Source: Octopus vulgaris
Taxonomy: Eukaryota
Direction: 5' to 3'
Length of the DNA stretch: 64,000 nt
Assembly (NCBI GenBank): GCA_951406725.2
Contig: OX597822.1
Coordinates: 60,946,001-61,010,000, forward strand
Positions 49,037 to 61,284 of the stretch are shown piece after piece. The position numbers and the translations under genes are program-made. Numbering within the stretch: position 1 is the stretch's first letter; the number at the start of each line of letters is the position of its first letter. Below the pieces are notes generated by a model, which did no database searches, had not been told where the DNA came from, and saw only the letters and a program-made list of their open reading frames with translations.

Positions 49037-52000
49037 GAGGAGAAGGAGGAGTCCATGAACATTCCAGAACCTTTGAATCTCATGGGAAAATGGAAGGGAG
49101 GTAAAGGTGAAATAAACCATGACTCATGAGTGGCTATTGTTTTTAGCCCTTGGTCAGCATCAATTGAGTAGATCTATGATCAAAGACATCCAAGCCATGA
49201 CTATCCTGTCTTTCTCAAGTGGATAAAAATACTGTAAATTTGTGTTATATAAATCAACATTTAGATTAACCATCATGTCAGAAAAAGTCAGACTATATAA
49301 AAGAGGTTACATTCTGTGAGTTAACCTGCATATCAAAGTCCAGTTTATATGCCAAAGATATCATTATCTCTTCCTAAGCTACCAGAATGTGATTTATGGG
49401 AGGTAGGCTTGGCTTCTATCTCTAGCAGATACAGTGATTATACAGGGATGACCATTGGTTGCCTGTGTTAGAAAGCATCTAATTTCTCTAGATTAGAGAC
49501 AGAATGCTTGGAAGGGAAAAAACTCCTCAAAAGTTAGTCTAAGGGCCAGGTGTTGATGTCAAAACAGGTGATGGATTAGGTCTTCTACTTTATTTGTGTT
49601 GGTTCAATTGACTACACCATTCCCTTAAAAGTCAATGACTATGTACCTGGTCCTTAAATGATTACCTCCACCAAATACCAGACAAACCACCTACACCCAG
49701 ATATGCCTCTGAAAACGATAACTCTCTGCTCGAATGGGCTATGGTACCCAAGAGTTGACTGTGTATCTCTTCCAAGTCATGCTATTAAATTAGACATGGC
49801 ATGGGCCAACTTCGGCTGGAACTTATCTAAGTAAGTAATGTATCAAAATGAAAAGTTATTTAAATTTAAAACAGGACCCATGAAAAAGATGAGCTGTCCC
49901 TAAGGCCTTTTGCTACTAATAACCACATCTATTTTACCCTACTCATGTACTGAAATATGGTCTTCTTCATTAGAATTATGGTCTTCCCAGATCTATACTG
50001 GGCATATTTCATATATTCAAGTTTATAATTTTCAGTTTGACGACTATGTTAATTATATGATTCAACATTATAAAAGTATGCAGGTATTATAAGCAAAAAG
50101 AAAGAAATTCAAGAGGAACTATAATTGAAAAATATCAAATATATGACATTTTTCTTGTTTATATGAATGTATATGCTATGACCTAATCAAAAAGAGCCAG
50201 TGAGTAAGACTATTAGGGGATTTCTGAGACTGCTTGGGTAAATCAATTTCTAGACATTTATTTCCATATAGTGAGTTATTTACACTATGCTTTAGTATAC
50301 ACAAACATACTTTCATACACACAAATAAAGGTTGTGTATGCTTTGTGAGTGGGTTAGGCAGATGAAAACTGAAAGAAGGCTGTTGTGTGTGTGCCAAATG
50401 CCTTTATACTCTGTGTGTGTTAATGTGTGCCTGTGTGCGTGTCAGTGCATCTGTTTTCTTCAGCAATTTTTTGGTTGGTACATCAGATTGTGTTGTCAGT
50501 TTCTCCTATAAACAAATCTCTATATGGAATAAGAGAAAAATAGATTATGTCATTAAATCATCAGAGATTGCATAAGAAATATAAAATCTAATATGACTGG
50601 CCTTTGACAGCACCTGATACCATAAATAAATATATATAAAACTGAGTCAGCAGGATACATTCCAGATTATTTTATATTTAGAATAAAAAACATTTGTAAA
50701 TTTGATATGAATAGTTTAGCACTACTAAAGACAAACAACATAAAAAATTCACGCATTTGATATTATAGAATACTATTCTTTCATAACTGATATCCTACTT
50801 CAAATTGCATTACATTCTACCAACAGCATGGTACCAATTTAGGAATCCGATATTGAGATCATTGTTTGCAAAAAAATCTTTCTTATCTTTGATAATTTAT
50901 CTAGGGTTAAAAAAATCAAGCTGAATTGTTTTATGTTTCCATGTGATCTTATAAAGAGCTGCCTTATGTGAAATTATTGAAATTTGTATTTTGGACAGTT
51001 TGCATAAAAGATTTTCTACCTGATATGGCGGTTTATACAGAAATGGTGGCCTGACGGTCATACATAACATCAATGGCTATGAGCTAAATAGGTTTAGGTA
51101 AGGATCCCCATGCACAAATACTATTTTTAAGAAATTTAATACCCAACATCAGTAGATGTATGTCTTCCTCACTGTCAGATGAAGCTATATTCATTAATAA
51201 TTCTCATTATCATAACAAAGGATAAGGTTGTGAGCTAGCAGAATAGTTGCCATGTTAGGCAAAACACTTAGCAGCAATTCATCCATCTTTACATTCTAAG
51301 TTCAAATTCCACTGAGGTAACTTTGCCATTCATCTTTGTGGGGTTGATAAAATATGTACCAGGCCTTGTGTATGTAACAGAAAATATTATTATAAGAAAT
51401 TACTCTATAATAACACTTTTAAGATAAAATACAGTAAACAACCCATACAAATGTTACCAGCACAATCTAGTTTATAGCTCAAATGTTTGCATCCATACTG
51501 CTAGAAACTTCTTAAACTTAATCTCTCATAATTTTCTGATAAACCATTGATACCATTAGATTCTTTTTTATAGGAATATATGTTGACCTTACTATTCTGG
51601 CATAACCATACAAATAGATTTAGACTATTTCTATTGTAATACTACCATACTTAGTCTTCCTTTCTGAGCATGTGTTACTGTATTTGGAAGCAAATTATGA
51701 GATGATATCATAATACTACAATAACGGGATTAATATAAAGAAAATTTACTATTTTTAATGGGTGTGCAGTGATCCTGTAACACGCCTAGAATATACACCC
51801 CTCCTTATTATCTACAGTGGATTTTAGGCATTATTTGTATATCAATCATATATTTTCTTTTGTTATATCCTCTATAAAAACAGTGGTCAAAATGTCTTAT
51901 GGTAATTAGCTATGTTACCTCATATTTTCAGTTTAGATCTCACCAGAGTCAACTCTAATTTTCATACTTCCATAGTTAATAAAATAAGAATCACTTAAGT

Positions 52001-52736
52001 ACTAAGAATCAATTTTAATCAATAATATACTTTCCCAAAAAAATTTAATGCCTTATGCATATTTTTCAAATTCATTTGTTGGACTCAGTCAATGGATTAT
52101 GGGAATCTGGAGCTTTGCCTTGTAAAGTACAGTCAGTTACATTGACCTCAATTCTTATTCTGTTGAGTTTGAAGGGATAAAAATAGGTCTATGAAAGAAA
52201 TCATTATTATGTAATTTATTTAGTTGGTAAGCCATCAATATTGGTAGTGTCAGAGAAAATGTCTTGTAGTGTTTATTTGGGTTATTTACTTTCTGGGTTC
52301 AAATCATGCTAAGGTAAAATTTTTGTTTTATCTCTCCAGTATTGATAAAACTGAGTACCAGTTGATATTTTCAATTCTCCTCAAAATTGTTCTATGGATA
52401 TGTATATATACACACAAATGCATATATAGAAGCCAATGTATTCACCTTTTCACTAAGACACTTGCTCCTGACTTTCTATCATTATCTTTCATAAACTTCA
52501 GTACTATATCCTACTCAGCTAAGGGACCTTGTTTTGCAAGATGCTTGATGACCCCACCAGTGCTACTTCCATGAAAATCACCTAGTACACTTTGTGAAGT
52601 GGTTGGCATTAGGAAAGGCATCCAACTAGAAACCATACTAAAACAGACATTGGAGCTCAGTATGATCCTCTGGCTTGTCAGTTCATATTCAGCCAGCCAG
52701 CCAATGCCAGTATGGAAAATGGGGCATTAACTGATG

Positions 52737-52792
<56 letters not shown>

Positions 52793-52924
52793 TACACACA
52801 TAAATCTCTAATGTATTTTGAGGAGATATAGCCCCCTTAAAATTGCTGTCTGTGTGTTCAAATCAGAAATTAATGAATAGTATCAATCAAACACCATTTT
52901 TTATGTCATCTATATCTTCACCTT

Positions 52925-53156
52925 TCTTTTATTCTTTTATTTGTTTCAGTCATTTGACTGCGACCATGCTGGAGCACCACCTTTAGTCGAGCAAATCGAC
53001 CCCAGGACTTATTCTTTGTAAGCCTACTACTTATTCTATCGGTCTCTCTTGCCGAAGCACTAAGTGACGGGGGTGTAAACACACCAGCATCGGTTGTCAA
53101 GCGATGTGGGGGGGGGGGGCAAACACAGACACACAAACATATACACACACATATAT

Positions 53157-53191
<35 letters not shown>

Positions 53192-53352
53192 CGACGGGCT
53201 TCTTTCAGTTTCCGTCTACCAAATCCACTCACAAGGCTTTGGTCAGCCCGAAGCTATAGTAGAAGACACTTGCCCAAAGTGCCACGCAGTGGGACTGAAC
53301 CCGGAACTATGTGGTTAGTAAGTAAGCTACTTACCACACAGCCACTCCTGCA
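52925..53352 (-). mobile_element. SINE family A, full length
   Basis: tRNA-like head gcaggagtggctgtgtggtaag...ccgggttcagtccc; internal (TA/CA)n; 3' tail atgactgaaacaa. Confidence 0.9.
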
Positions 53353-54497
53353 CCTAAATAGAAATGCAGAATTTGAAATGTCGGACTTAGTACAGTAACA
53401 ACACAATAGTCTAATTTCTCTAAATTCAGAGGTTTTGAGATTGTGCAATAGTTATTCAAGTTCAGGTATTTATACTGGCAAAGTGCTTCAAGCAAGATTT
53501 ATATCAGGACATAATATTCACAAAGTAGGGCAGAGATTATGTCATGTGGTTTTGTGAGTGAGTATGAAATGATTGCTGTAGAAAAACTGTCATATCACAA
53601 GAAAAAAACCTAAGTTGCAGAAATAAGAATATATAAGTAAAAATTATATTAATTGAAAATTCTGAAGTAATTAAGTTTGAATAGATATTTATCTGCAGAA
53701 AAACTGTAATTTTTTTTTTTAAATGCAATAATGAAAAGATAAAATTTAATAACTTATTACTTTATATTGTTCAATGAAGAAAAAGAAAACTTTACAAAGT
53801 TTATATAGTGAAGTTGCTGTTAAATTCTTTCAGTCTTTGAAAACAAACTCCACCTTCAAGCAGAATTGAAGCAAAATAAATAAATAGATAAACAACAAAT
53901 TTCATAAATAATTATTTATAGTAAATAATTAATTTCTTGTAAAACACTGAGATTTTAGAAAACAACAAGTCTTTGTAGTTGTGAAATAGAGAATTTTTTC
54001 CTCCATATTTCAAAAGTATCATAGCAGAAGGTGGAGCACAAAAATGGAAAACGCACAACATTTTGTTTTATCCCGCCACATATCAAGTTCAAATTATATC
54101 AGGATTTGTCTGCCACCTGCCTCCTCCACCACCACCATCATGTCTATAAAACAATTATCAATATATGTACTGGACTCGATTCAGTCAACTATACTGTACC
54201 CCTACAAATGAATAAACTTGTGCTAATGTGAAAAATCATTAGAGCAGAATAAGTGTATAATCCACAACCTAATCCATTTTATTTAGAGCATAAGAAGGGG
54301 TTAAGTCTTTAATTAAAAAGTAATTTTGTAATTAAAATTTATGGGATATTTTGCCAATATCTGATATAATTTGTAAGTCATGAAATGATTTAATTTTACA
54401 TACTCAATTTGCATAAACAAAATATTTTCAGGAAGTTCCTTCCATATTATTTGTTCTTTTTGGCAAGATTGTGCCAAGAATTACATAATACTTCATA

Positions 54498-54756
54498 AAA
54501 AAAATAAATGCGCCCTTTTAAAGCCTAGCCAGGCTCATGGGCCTGGTTTCCCAGTTTCAATGGCGTATGTGTTCCCCAGCTGGACAGAACGCCAGTCCAT
54601 CGCAGCGTTACTCATTTTTGCCAGCTGAGTGGACTGGAGCAACATGAAATGAAGTGTTTTTCTCAAGAACACAATGCATCGCCCGGTCCAGGAATCGAAA
54701 CCACAATCTTACGATCATGATGCTGATATCCTAACCACTAAGCCAAGTGCCTCCAC
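54498..54756 (-). mobile_element. SINE family C, full length
   Basis: TSD cataatacttcata at 54484-54497 and 54757-54770; B-box ggtttcgattcc. Confidence 0.9.
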
Positions 54757-55339
54757 CATAATACTTCATACAGAGTAAATATTCATAGACGAAATTATAA
54801 AGCAATTACTTTTCTCACCTGAACACATGACAAGAAACTCTATGAAGCAAAGCTGTGACTCATCACTTTCAACTGTATCTATGTATGTTACACATTCATA
54901 TCTATGTGTTTGCGTATGCCAAACTACATCCCCACTCTTGGCACTATTTTGTTAGTGAACAGTACAAACTGTGTGTAAAGTATATAATGTTTCACTACGC
55001 TGAATGTCGTCGTCCGTGTAACATGTAAAGTCAATAAACACATAACATAACAATGGTCTTCATTTGGTTGTCTATCCCATTAGAACCCAAACTACACACA
55101 ACATGGTGGCAGCGGTAAATAATTAATCGGGAACTGTGCCTTTACAACGAAACAGAAACACATAGATATGAATGTGTAACAATGTACATACTACACACAA
55201 ACATATTGATGGTTAAGAAGTTTATTTTACAATCATATGGTTCTAGCTTTAACACTACAGCAGAACACTTTGAGCCTTCAATTGACCAATAATCTGTGAG
55301 TAGAAGAAAGCTGTTAGGAAGCCTATCATCTTTCTCTCG

Positions 55340-55404
<65 letters not shown>

Positions 55405-55479
55405 ATGTGGGGTGATATAACATCACTCTCACTGGAGACACACCCTAATACCATCACAGTTTACTCTTTTACATGTTTG

Positions 55480-55885
55480 TGTACTCTCTATTCTTTAATT
55501 CGTTTCAGTCATTTGACTGTGGCCATGCCGGAGCACCACATTTAGTCGAGCAAATCAACCCCAGGACTTATTCTTTGTAAGCCTAGTACTTATTCTATCG
55601 GTCTCTTATGCTGAACCGCTAACTTACGGGGACATAAACATACCAACATCGGTTATCAAGTGATGTTGGGGGGGACAAAAACAGACACACAAACATATAA
55701 ACACACACACACATATATATATATACAACAGGCTTCTTTCAGTTTCCGTCTACCATATCCACCCACAATCCTTTGGTCAGCCTGAGGCTATAGTAGAAGA
55801 CACTTGCCCAAGGTGCCATGCAGTGGAACTGAACCCAGAACCATGTGGTTGGTAAGCAAGCTACTTACCACACAGCCACTCCTGC
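55480..55885 (-). mobile_element. SINE family A, full length
   Basis: As for 52925-53352. Confidence 0.9.
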
Positions 55886-56020
55886 TTTGGCGGAACTTGG
55901 TTTTCATGAAATACATGTTATATCTTACAGCCTTTATAGTGTTTACAAAGCACTGATGTTCCTGAAAAAAGGTGACATATAAAAAAATAATCAAATTAGC
56001 CCTGAACGTCCTGTGTATGT

Positions 56021-56053
<33 letters not shown>

Positions 56054-56054
<1 letters not shown>

Positions 56055-56974
56055 TTGTGGTCTCATCAATAAGTATCCGGACTGTTGCCATAGTAACAAA
56101 GCTAAAGCATGCAGACTGAAGCTGCTTGGCACGAATTGACCTTGAACTCTTTGGTGCATGCACACAAAGTTTTAACATTGTAGCTCACTTCAACTATTTA
56201 CAGCAGTACTTGGAAGGAAGGTGTGTAGTATGTGATTGTTGCACCGACCATAACAGGAAGTTAAGCAGAAAATCCGAATCAAATTTTGCCAAAAGCTTGG
56301 CGATACCTGCTCAGAGACCTATGCAAAGTTTTCAAACAGTTTTAATCATTCTCAACACAATCAAGGAGATCTTGTGCAACTGAAACCCGTGTGTCTTTTT
56401 GGTCAGCTGAAACCCGTGTGTCTTTTTGGTCAGCTGAAAGCAGTTTTAGCACAAACTTGGTAGACACATATCTTATACCCAATTCTTCAGTGATAATGGA
56501 CTGAACTGAGCTGTAACTAATCTGTACACCCTCTGATAACTTATAGATGGTGATTCAACAATTTTCCCTCACAGCTGCCACACATCTGCAATATTCTTCT
56601 CAGTTCTGCTGATTGCAGGTCTCTCAGAACTTTCGTCAATACCGACATTTTTTTGGCCATCTTGGAAACGCCTGAACCACTTATACACTTGTGTATGGCT
56701 CATATATTCCTCTCCATACACTTTCTACAATTTTGTATAGGCCTCTGAACAGGTATGCCATGACAACTTTCTCTGTCATGGTCAATGTCGACAATCACAC
56801 GCTACACATCTTCCTTCCAAGCACTGCTGTAAACAGCGGAAGTGAACTAAAAAGTTAAAAGTTAGTGCACATGCACAGCAGAGTTCAAGGTCAATCTTTG
56901 CAAAGCAGCTTCACTCTACTTGCTTTAGCTTTGTTACTATGGCAACAGTCCGGATACTTATTGATCAAACCTCG
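56054..56974 (-). mobile_element. Internally deleted mariner-like element with ~110-bp TIRs
   Basis: TIRs at ~56054-56163 and ~56865-56974, TA flanks; minus-strand remnants KVYGEEYMSHTQVYKWFRRFQDG and KFVLKLLSADQK. Confidence 0.85.
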
Positions 56975-56987
56975 TATATATATACTC

Positions 56988-57600
56988 ATAAATGAGGGTG
57001 AAAAATTAGATATTAATTTAATAATACCATCAGTTTCACACCAAGTGGCCTAACACATAAAAACCAGGGAGACAGTACAAATTTATACGTAAATATAAGA
57101 GAGTTAACGTTACGTGGTTAACTCCAGTGCTAGAAATAGCTCCTTATTCTGGTATAGCCACCGAAATTATTTCCACAGAAGAAATAACATTACCTTCAAC
57201 GTAAGGGAAGCGAAATTCAACGAAAAAATAGATTAATGCTGAACAATTGTTTCTTTATGAACATAATATGCAATTATACTCACATATTTGTATATAAGTC
57301 ATCGGCAGCATTTGTCCTCGATACAATTTATCAGACCCTCACGGGCGATAAATACCCATGCGGTCTGATTGATTGCATGCATACTTGTGGTTTAGCTTCC
57401 CGCCAAAAGCATGCTAAGACTCAGTGGAAACCAATACTGCATACAATATTTGCTGCAGCATATTTAATTTATAAATTCATAAATGAGGGTGAAAAATTAG
57501 ATATTAATTTAATAATACCGTTAGTTTGTACTGTCTCTCTGGTTTTTATGTGCTAGGCCACTTAGTGTTAAACTGACGGTATTATTAAATTAATATCTAA
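56988..57600 (-). mobile_element. PLE terminal-repeat array (direct plus inverted copies)
   Basis: 56991-57035 repeats at 57481-57525; ~57524-57600 is the inverse of ~57005-57081; contains a hammerhead. Confidence 0.7.
57235..57312 (-). ncRNA. Type-I hammerhead variant (CCGAUGA core)
   Basis: AAUGCUG-CCGAUGA-...(hairpin)...-GAAAC-AAUU-GUU|CAGCAUU; perfect 7-bp stem I. Confidence 0.72.
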
Positions 57601-58369
57601 TGTTTCACGGGATCGTGGAGAGGCACCATCAGACAGTGAAGGCCATAGAGGAAAGAGGGCACATTTCGCCGCTTGAAGCAGTTTTTTGGTACAACTTGTC
57701 TCCCCAATCCGGACAAGCTGAGGAATCTGTGTTCAAATATGAATGGAGGCACCCGAGCAAAGCACCGGAGGGTCACGAGGAAGAGAAGGGACCCGTTTGC
57801 GTGAAAATATGGGAGGAAGTCTGGGTTAAGCCACCAAAGGCGCGCTGTACATCTCAATAGAGCAGAGGAGCGGTGACGGCGGTCAATTCCAGAAACAACG
57901 TCTCCGTGGATGGAATGCTGCGACATGTCTTGGACCTTCGCAGGATTGTCGCTTCGACGGACGATGATTCTGGAGAGGGGGGGAACGAGGTGCCCAGATT
58001 GAGAAGATCTCGATGCACAAGGCGCCCTCCCAATTGGATAGTGGACTATAACATGGAGCGGAGAGATTGTGATCTTTAAGATCAGTGTGGCGTGTGGGAT
58101 GACGTCAGCAGCTGGGTGCGTTGACTGGAAGTTGGGGCAACCAGAAGGGGCAGCCGTAAGGCGTGCGCAGGGAGCGGCAATTTCGGCCTTTCAAATGAGG
58201 GTCATCGAGGTGTTAAGATGTGTGAAGACATTGCTAAGGTTGGGTAAAGCAGCTGCTATCTTTAGCGTTTGGGTCGGGGCTGTGATGAAGGATCCGTTAC
58301 CACTGAAGGGTCTCTATCAGAGCAAAGAGAAGGTAGGTGCCGTTATATTTGAATCTCACACGCACCACA
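57601..58369 (+). mobile_element. Gypsy-type LTR retrotransposon 3' end: integrase C-terminus, PPT and 3' LTR (58068-58369)
   Basis: GIVERHHQTVK integrase motif; purine tract ggagcggagaga directly before TGTG...CACA. Confidence 0.8.
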
Positions 58370-58574
58370 GTATTATTAATTTGTGGTAAAACATTTTACT
58401 TTTGCCCATATAATACAGTAAATGAATTAATTGCATCACAATTCTTAACATTTATGTAATAAATTTGTTGGGTGCTTTACTAGCAGTATATTGGATATAT
58501 GTTATCCCATGGTGGGTTGCACTCACAACCCCTATCTCAATTTGTAATATATATATATATATATATGAATAATT

Positions 58575-59035
58575 GAGTATGAGAGACATCAGATGTACTG
58601 TGCAAGAGAGAAACCTGTGTTGGTATGGTCATGTGATGCCTATGGATGCGACCAGCTGTGTAAAGAAATGCCAATCTCTAATTTTGGAGGGAACTTGTGG
58701 AAAGGGTAAACCCAAGAAGACATGAGATGAAGTGGTGAAATATGATCTTCAGTTGTTGAACCTCATGGAGGCAATGACAAGGGACTGAAACTTCTGATGG
58801 TTTGCTGTACTTGAAAGGACACATCAAGCTTAGTGAACCACAGTCATTGCCAGTTTCTTGTAAGAAAACTCAGTACTCTCTGTAAAGTGGTTGGTGTTAA
58901 GAAGGGTTTCCAGCTGTAGAATCTAAGCCAAAACAGACAGCTGGAGCCTGGTGCAACTGTCCAGCTTGCCAGTCCTGCTCAAATCATCAAACACATGCTG
59001 GACATTAAATGATGATGATGATGACGATGACAATG
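58575..59035 (+). mobile_element. Older RTE 3' fragment
   Basis: Degenerate CWYGHVM...EGTCGKGKPKKT plus tail and (GAT)n. Confidence 0.8.
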
Positions 59036-59065
<30 letters not shown>

Positions 59066-59070
<5 letters not shown>

Positions 59071-60638
59071 GATGCTCAGGAGAAATAAACACTGGAAATG
59101 TGCAGAGACCAACTTCTACCACGTTCCAGGGAGACAAACTAGAAGTAGTTGATAGCTTCCGCTACCTAGGAGACCAAGTCAGTAGCGGGGGTGGGTGTGC
59201 TGAAAGTGTAACTGCTAGAGTAAGAATAGCCTGGGCAAAGTTTAGAGAGCTCTTACCCCTGCTGGTGACAAAAGGCCTCTCGCTCAGAGTAAAAGGCAGA
59301 CTTTATGATGCATGTGTACGTACAGCCATGCTACATGGTAGTGAAACATGGGCCGTGACTGCTGAGGATATGCGTAAGCTCGCAAGAAATGAAGCCAGTA
59401 TGCTCCGATGGATGTGTAATGTCAGTGTTCATAATCGTCAGAGTGTAAGTACCTTGAGAGAAAAGTTGAACCTAAGAAGCGTCAGTTGTGGTGTGCAAGA
59501 GAGCCGGCTGCGCTGGTATGGTCATATGACGAGAATGGCTGAAGATAGTTGTGTGCAAAAGTGCTACACCCTAGCAGTGGAAGAGGTAGACCCAGGAAAA
59601 CCTGGGACGAAGTGGTGAAGCACGACCTACGAACTTTAGGTCTCACCAAGGAAATGACTAGAGACCGAGACCTATGGAAGTATGCTGTGTGTGAGAAGAC
59701 CCGGCAAGACTAGTCAGGCCATAACCCGTGGCCCCTACCTGGGACGTAGTCAGTCCACCTGTGCATACCTTCCTTCTTGTGACACTTGTGAAGACCTGTT
59801 GAGGCAAGTGAAAATCAAATCAAAAATCAAACAAAATCAAAATAGATGAACATCAAAGGAATTTGTATCTTTGTGGTATAAGTGCCGGTGGCACACAAGA
59901 AAACCATCCGAACGTGGCCGTAGCCAGTACCGCACCGACTGGCCTCCATGCTGTGGGCACGTAACAATCACCATCCAATCGTGGCCGATCGCCAGCCTAA
60001 TCTGGCTCCTGTGTCGGTGGGACATAAAAAAACACCATCCGAGCGTGGTCGTCTGCTAGCCTTGTCTGGCACCTGTGTCGGTGGCACATAAAAACACCAT
60101 CCGAGTGTGGCCGTTCACCAGCCTCGTCTGGCACCTGTGTCGGTGGCACATAAAAACACCATCCGAGCGTGGTCGTCTGCTAGCCTTGTCTGGCACCTGT
60201 GTCGGTGGCACATAAAAACACCATCCGAGCGTGGCCGTTCGCCAGCCTCGTCTGGCACCTGTGTCGGTGGCACATAAAAACACCATCCGAGCGTGGTCGT
60301 CTGCTAGCCTTGTCTGGCACCTGTGTCGGTGGCACATAAAAACACCATCCGAGCGTGGCCGTTTGCCAGCTTCGTCTGGCACCTGTGTCGGTGGCACATA
60401 AAAACACCATCCGAGCGTGGCCGTTCACCAGCCTCGTCTGGCACCTGTGTCGGTGGCACATAAAATCACCCACTACACTCTCGGAGTGGTTGGCATTAGG
60501 AAGGGCATCCAGCTGTAGAAACACTGCCAGATCTGACTGGCCTGGTGCAGCCTTCGGGCTCCCCAGACCCCAGTTGAACCGTCGAACCCATGCTAGCATG
60601 GAAAGCGGACGTTAAATGATGATGATGATGATGATGAT
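59066..60638 (+). mobile_element. RTE LINE (PHD family) 3' part with expanded 62-bp minisatellite
   Basis: ORF 59100-59618; repeat array at ~59880-60470; (GAT)n tail; (TA)n on both sides. Confidence 0.95.
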
Positions 60639-60923
60639 ATATATATAATTATTGTCGAGGAATATGTATATGGAAGAATAGAAAATAAAAGATCTCAATG
60701 GTATGTAAAAATTTCATTTGTTTTGCTCTATGGCTGTTTCCATAGCTTAAGTGCAAACATCATTAACAATATAATTATTACATAGCTAAAAGATAATCAA
60801 TAAAGTTATATGAATGTTTTGAGTAAGTTGTTTTATCTGGAACAGTTTTTGAAATATGGAAATCAGAGTACTGTTTCTTTTATAGATATAACATTCAAAG
60901 AAAATATGAGGAAAAAAAATGAA

Positions 60924-61059
<136 letters not shown>

Positions 61060-61102
61060 CATATATACGTACATAGGTATATACAGACAGACAGATAGAC
61101 AG

Positions 61103-61135
<33 letters not shown>

Positions 61136-61284
61136 TAGATAAATAGATAGACAGACAGATAGATATACAGACATACACACTTTCATATGTCCATACTCAT
61201 GCATATGCATATTCGCATCGTACATATGCATTCACATACACATGTATACAGATATATATGCATGTGTAAGTGAGTATATGTGTG

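Noticed and set aside
48832-49129. Poly-Pro, poly-Gly and poly-Thr ORFs
   Set aside because: They are three reading frames of a (GGT)n microsatellite; no splice or coding context.
60003-60470. Regular repeat array resembling CRISPR
   Set aside because: Units are contiguous 62-bp tandem repeats with no unique spacers, lie in a LINE 3' UTR, and there are no cas genes; the context is eukaryotic.
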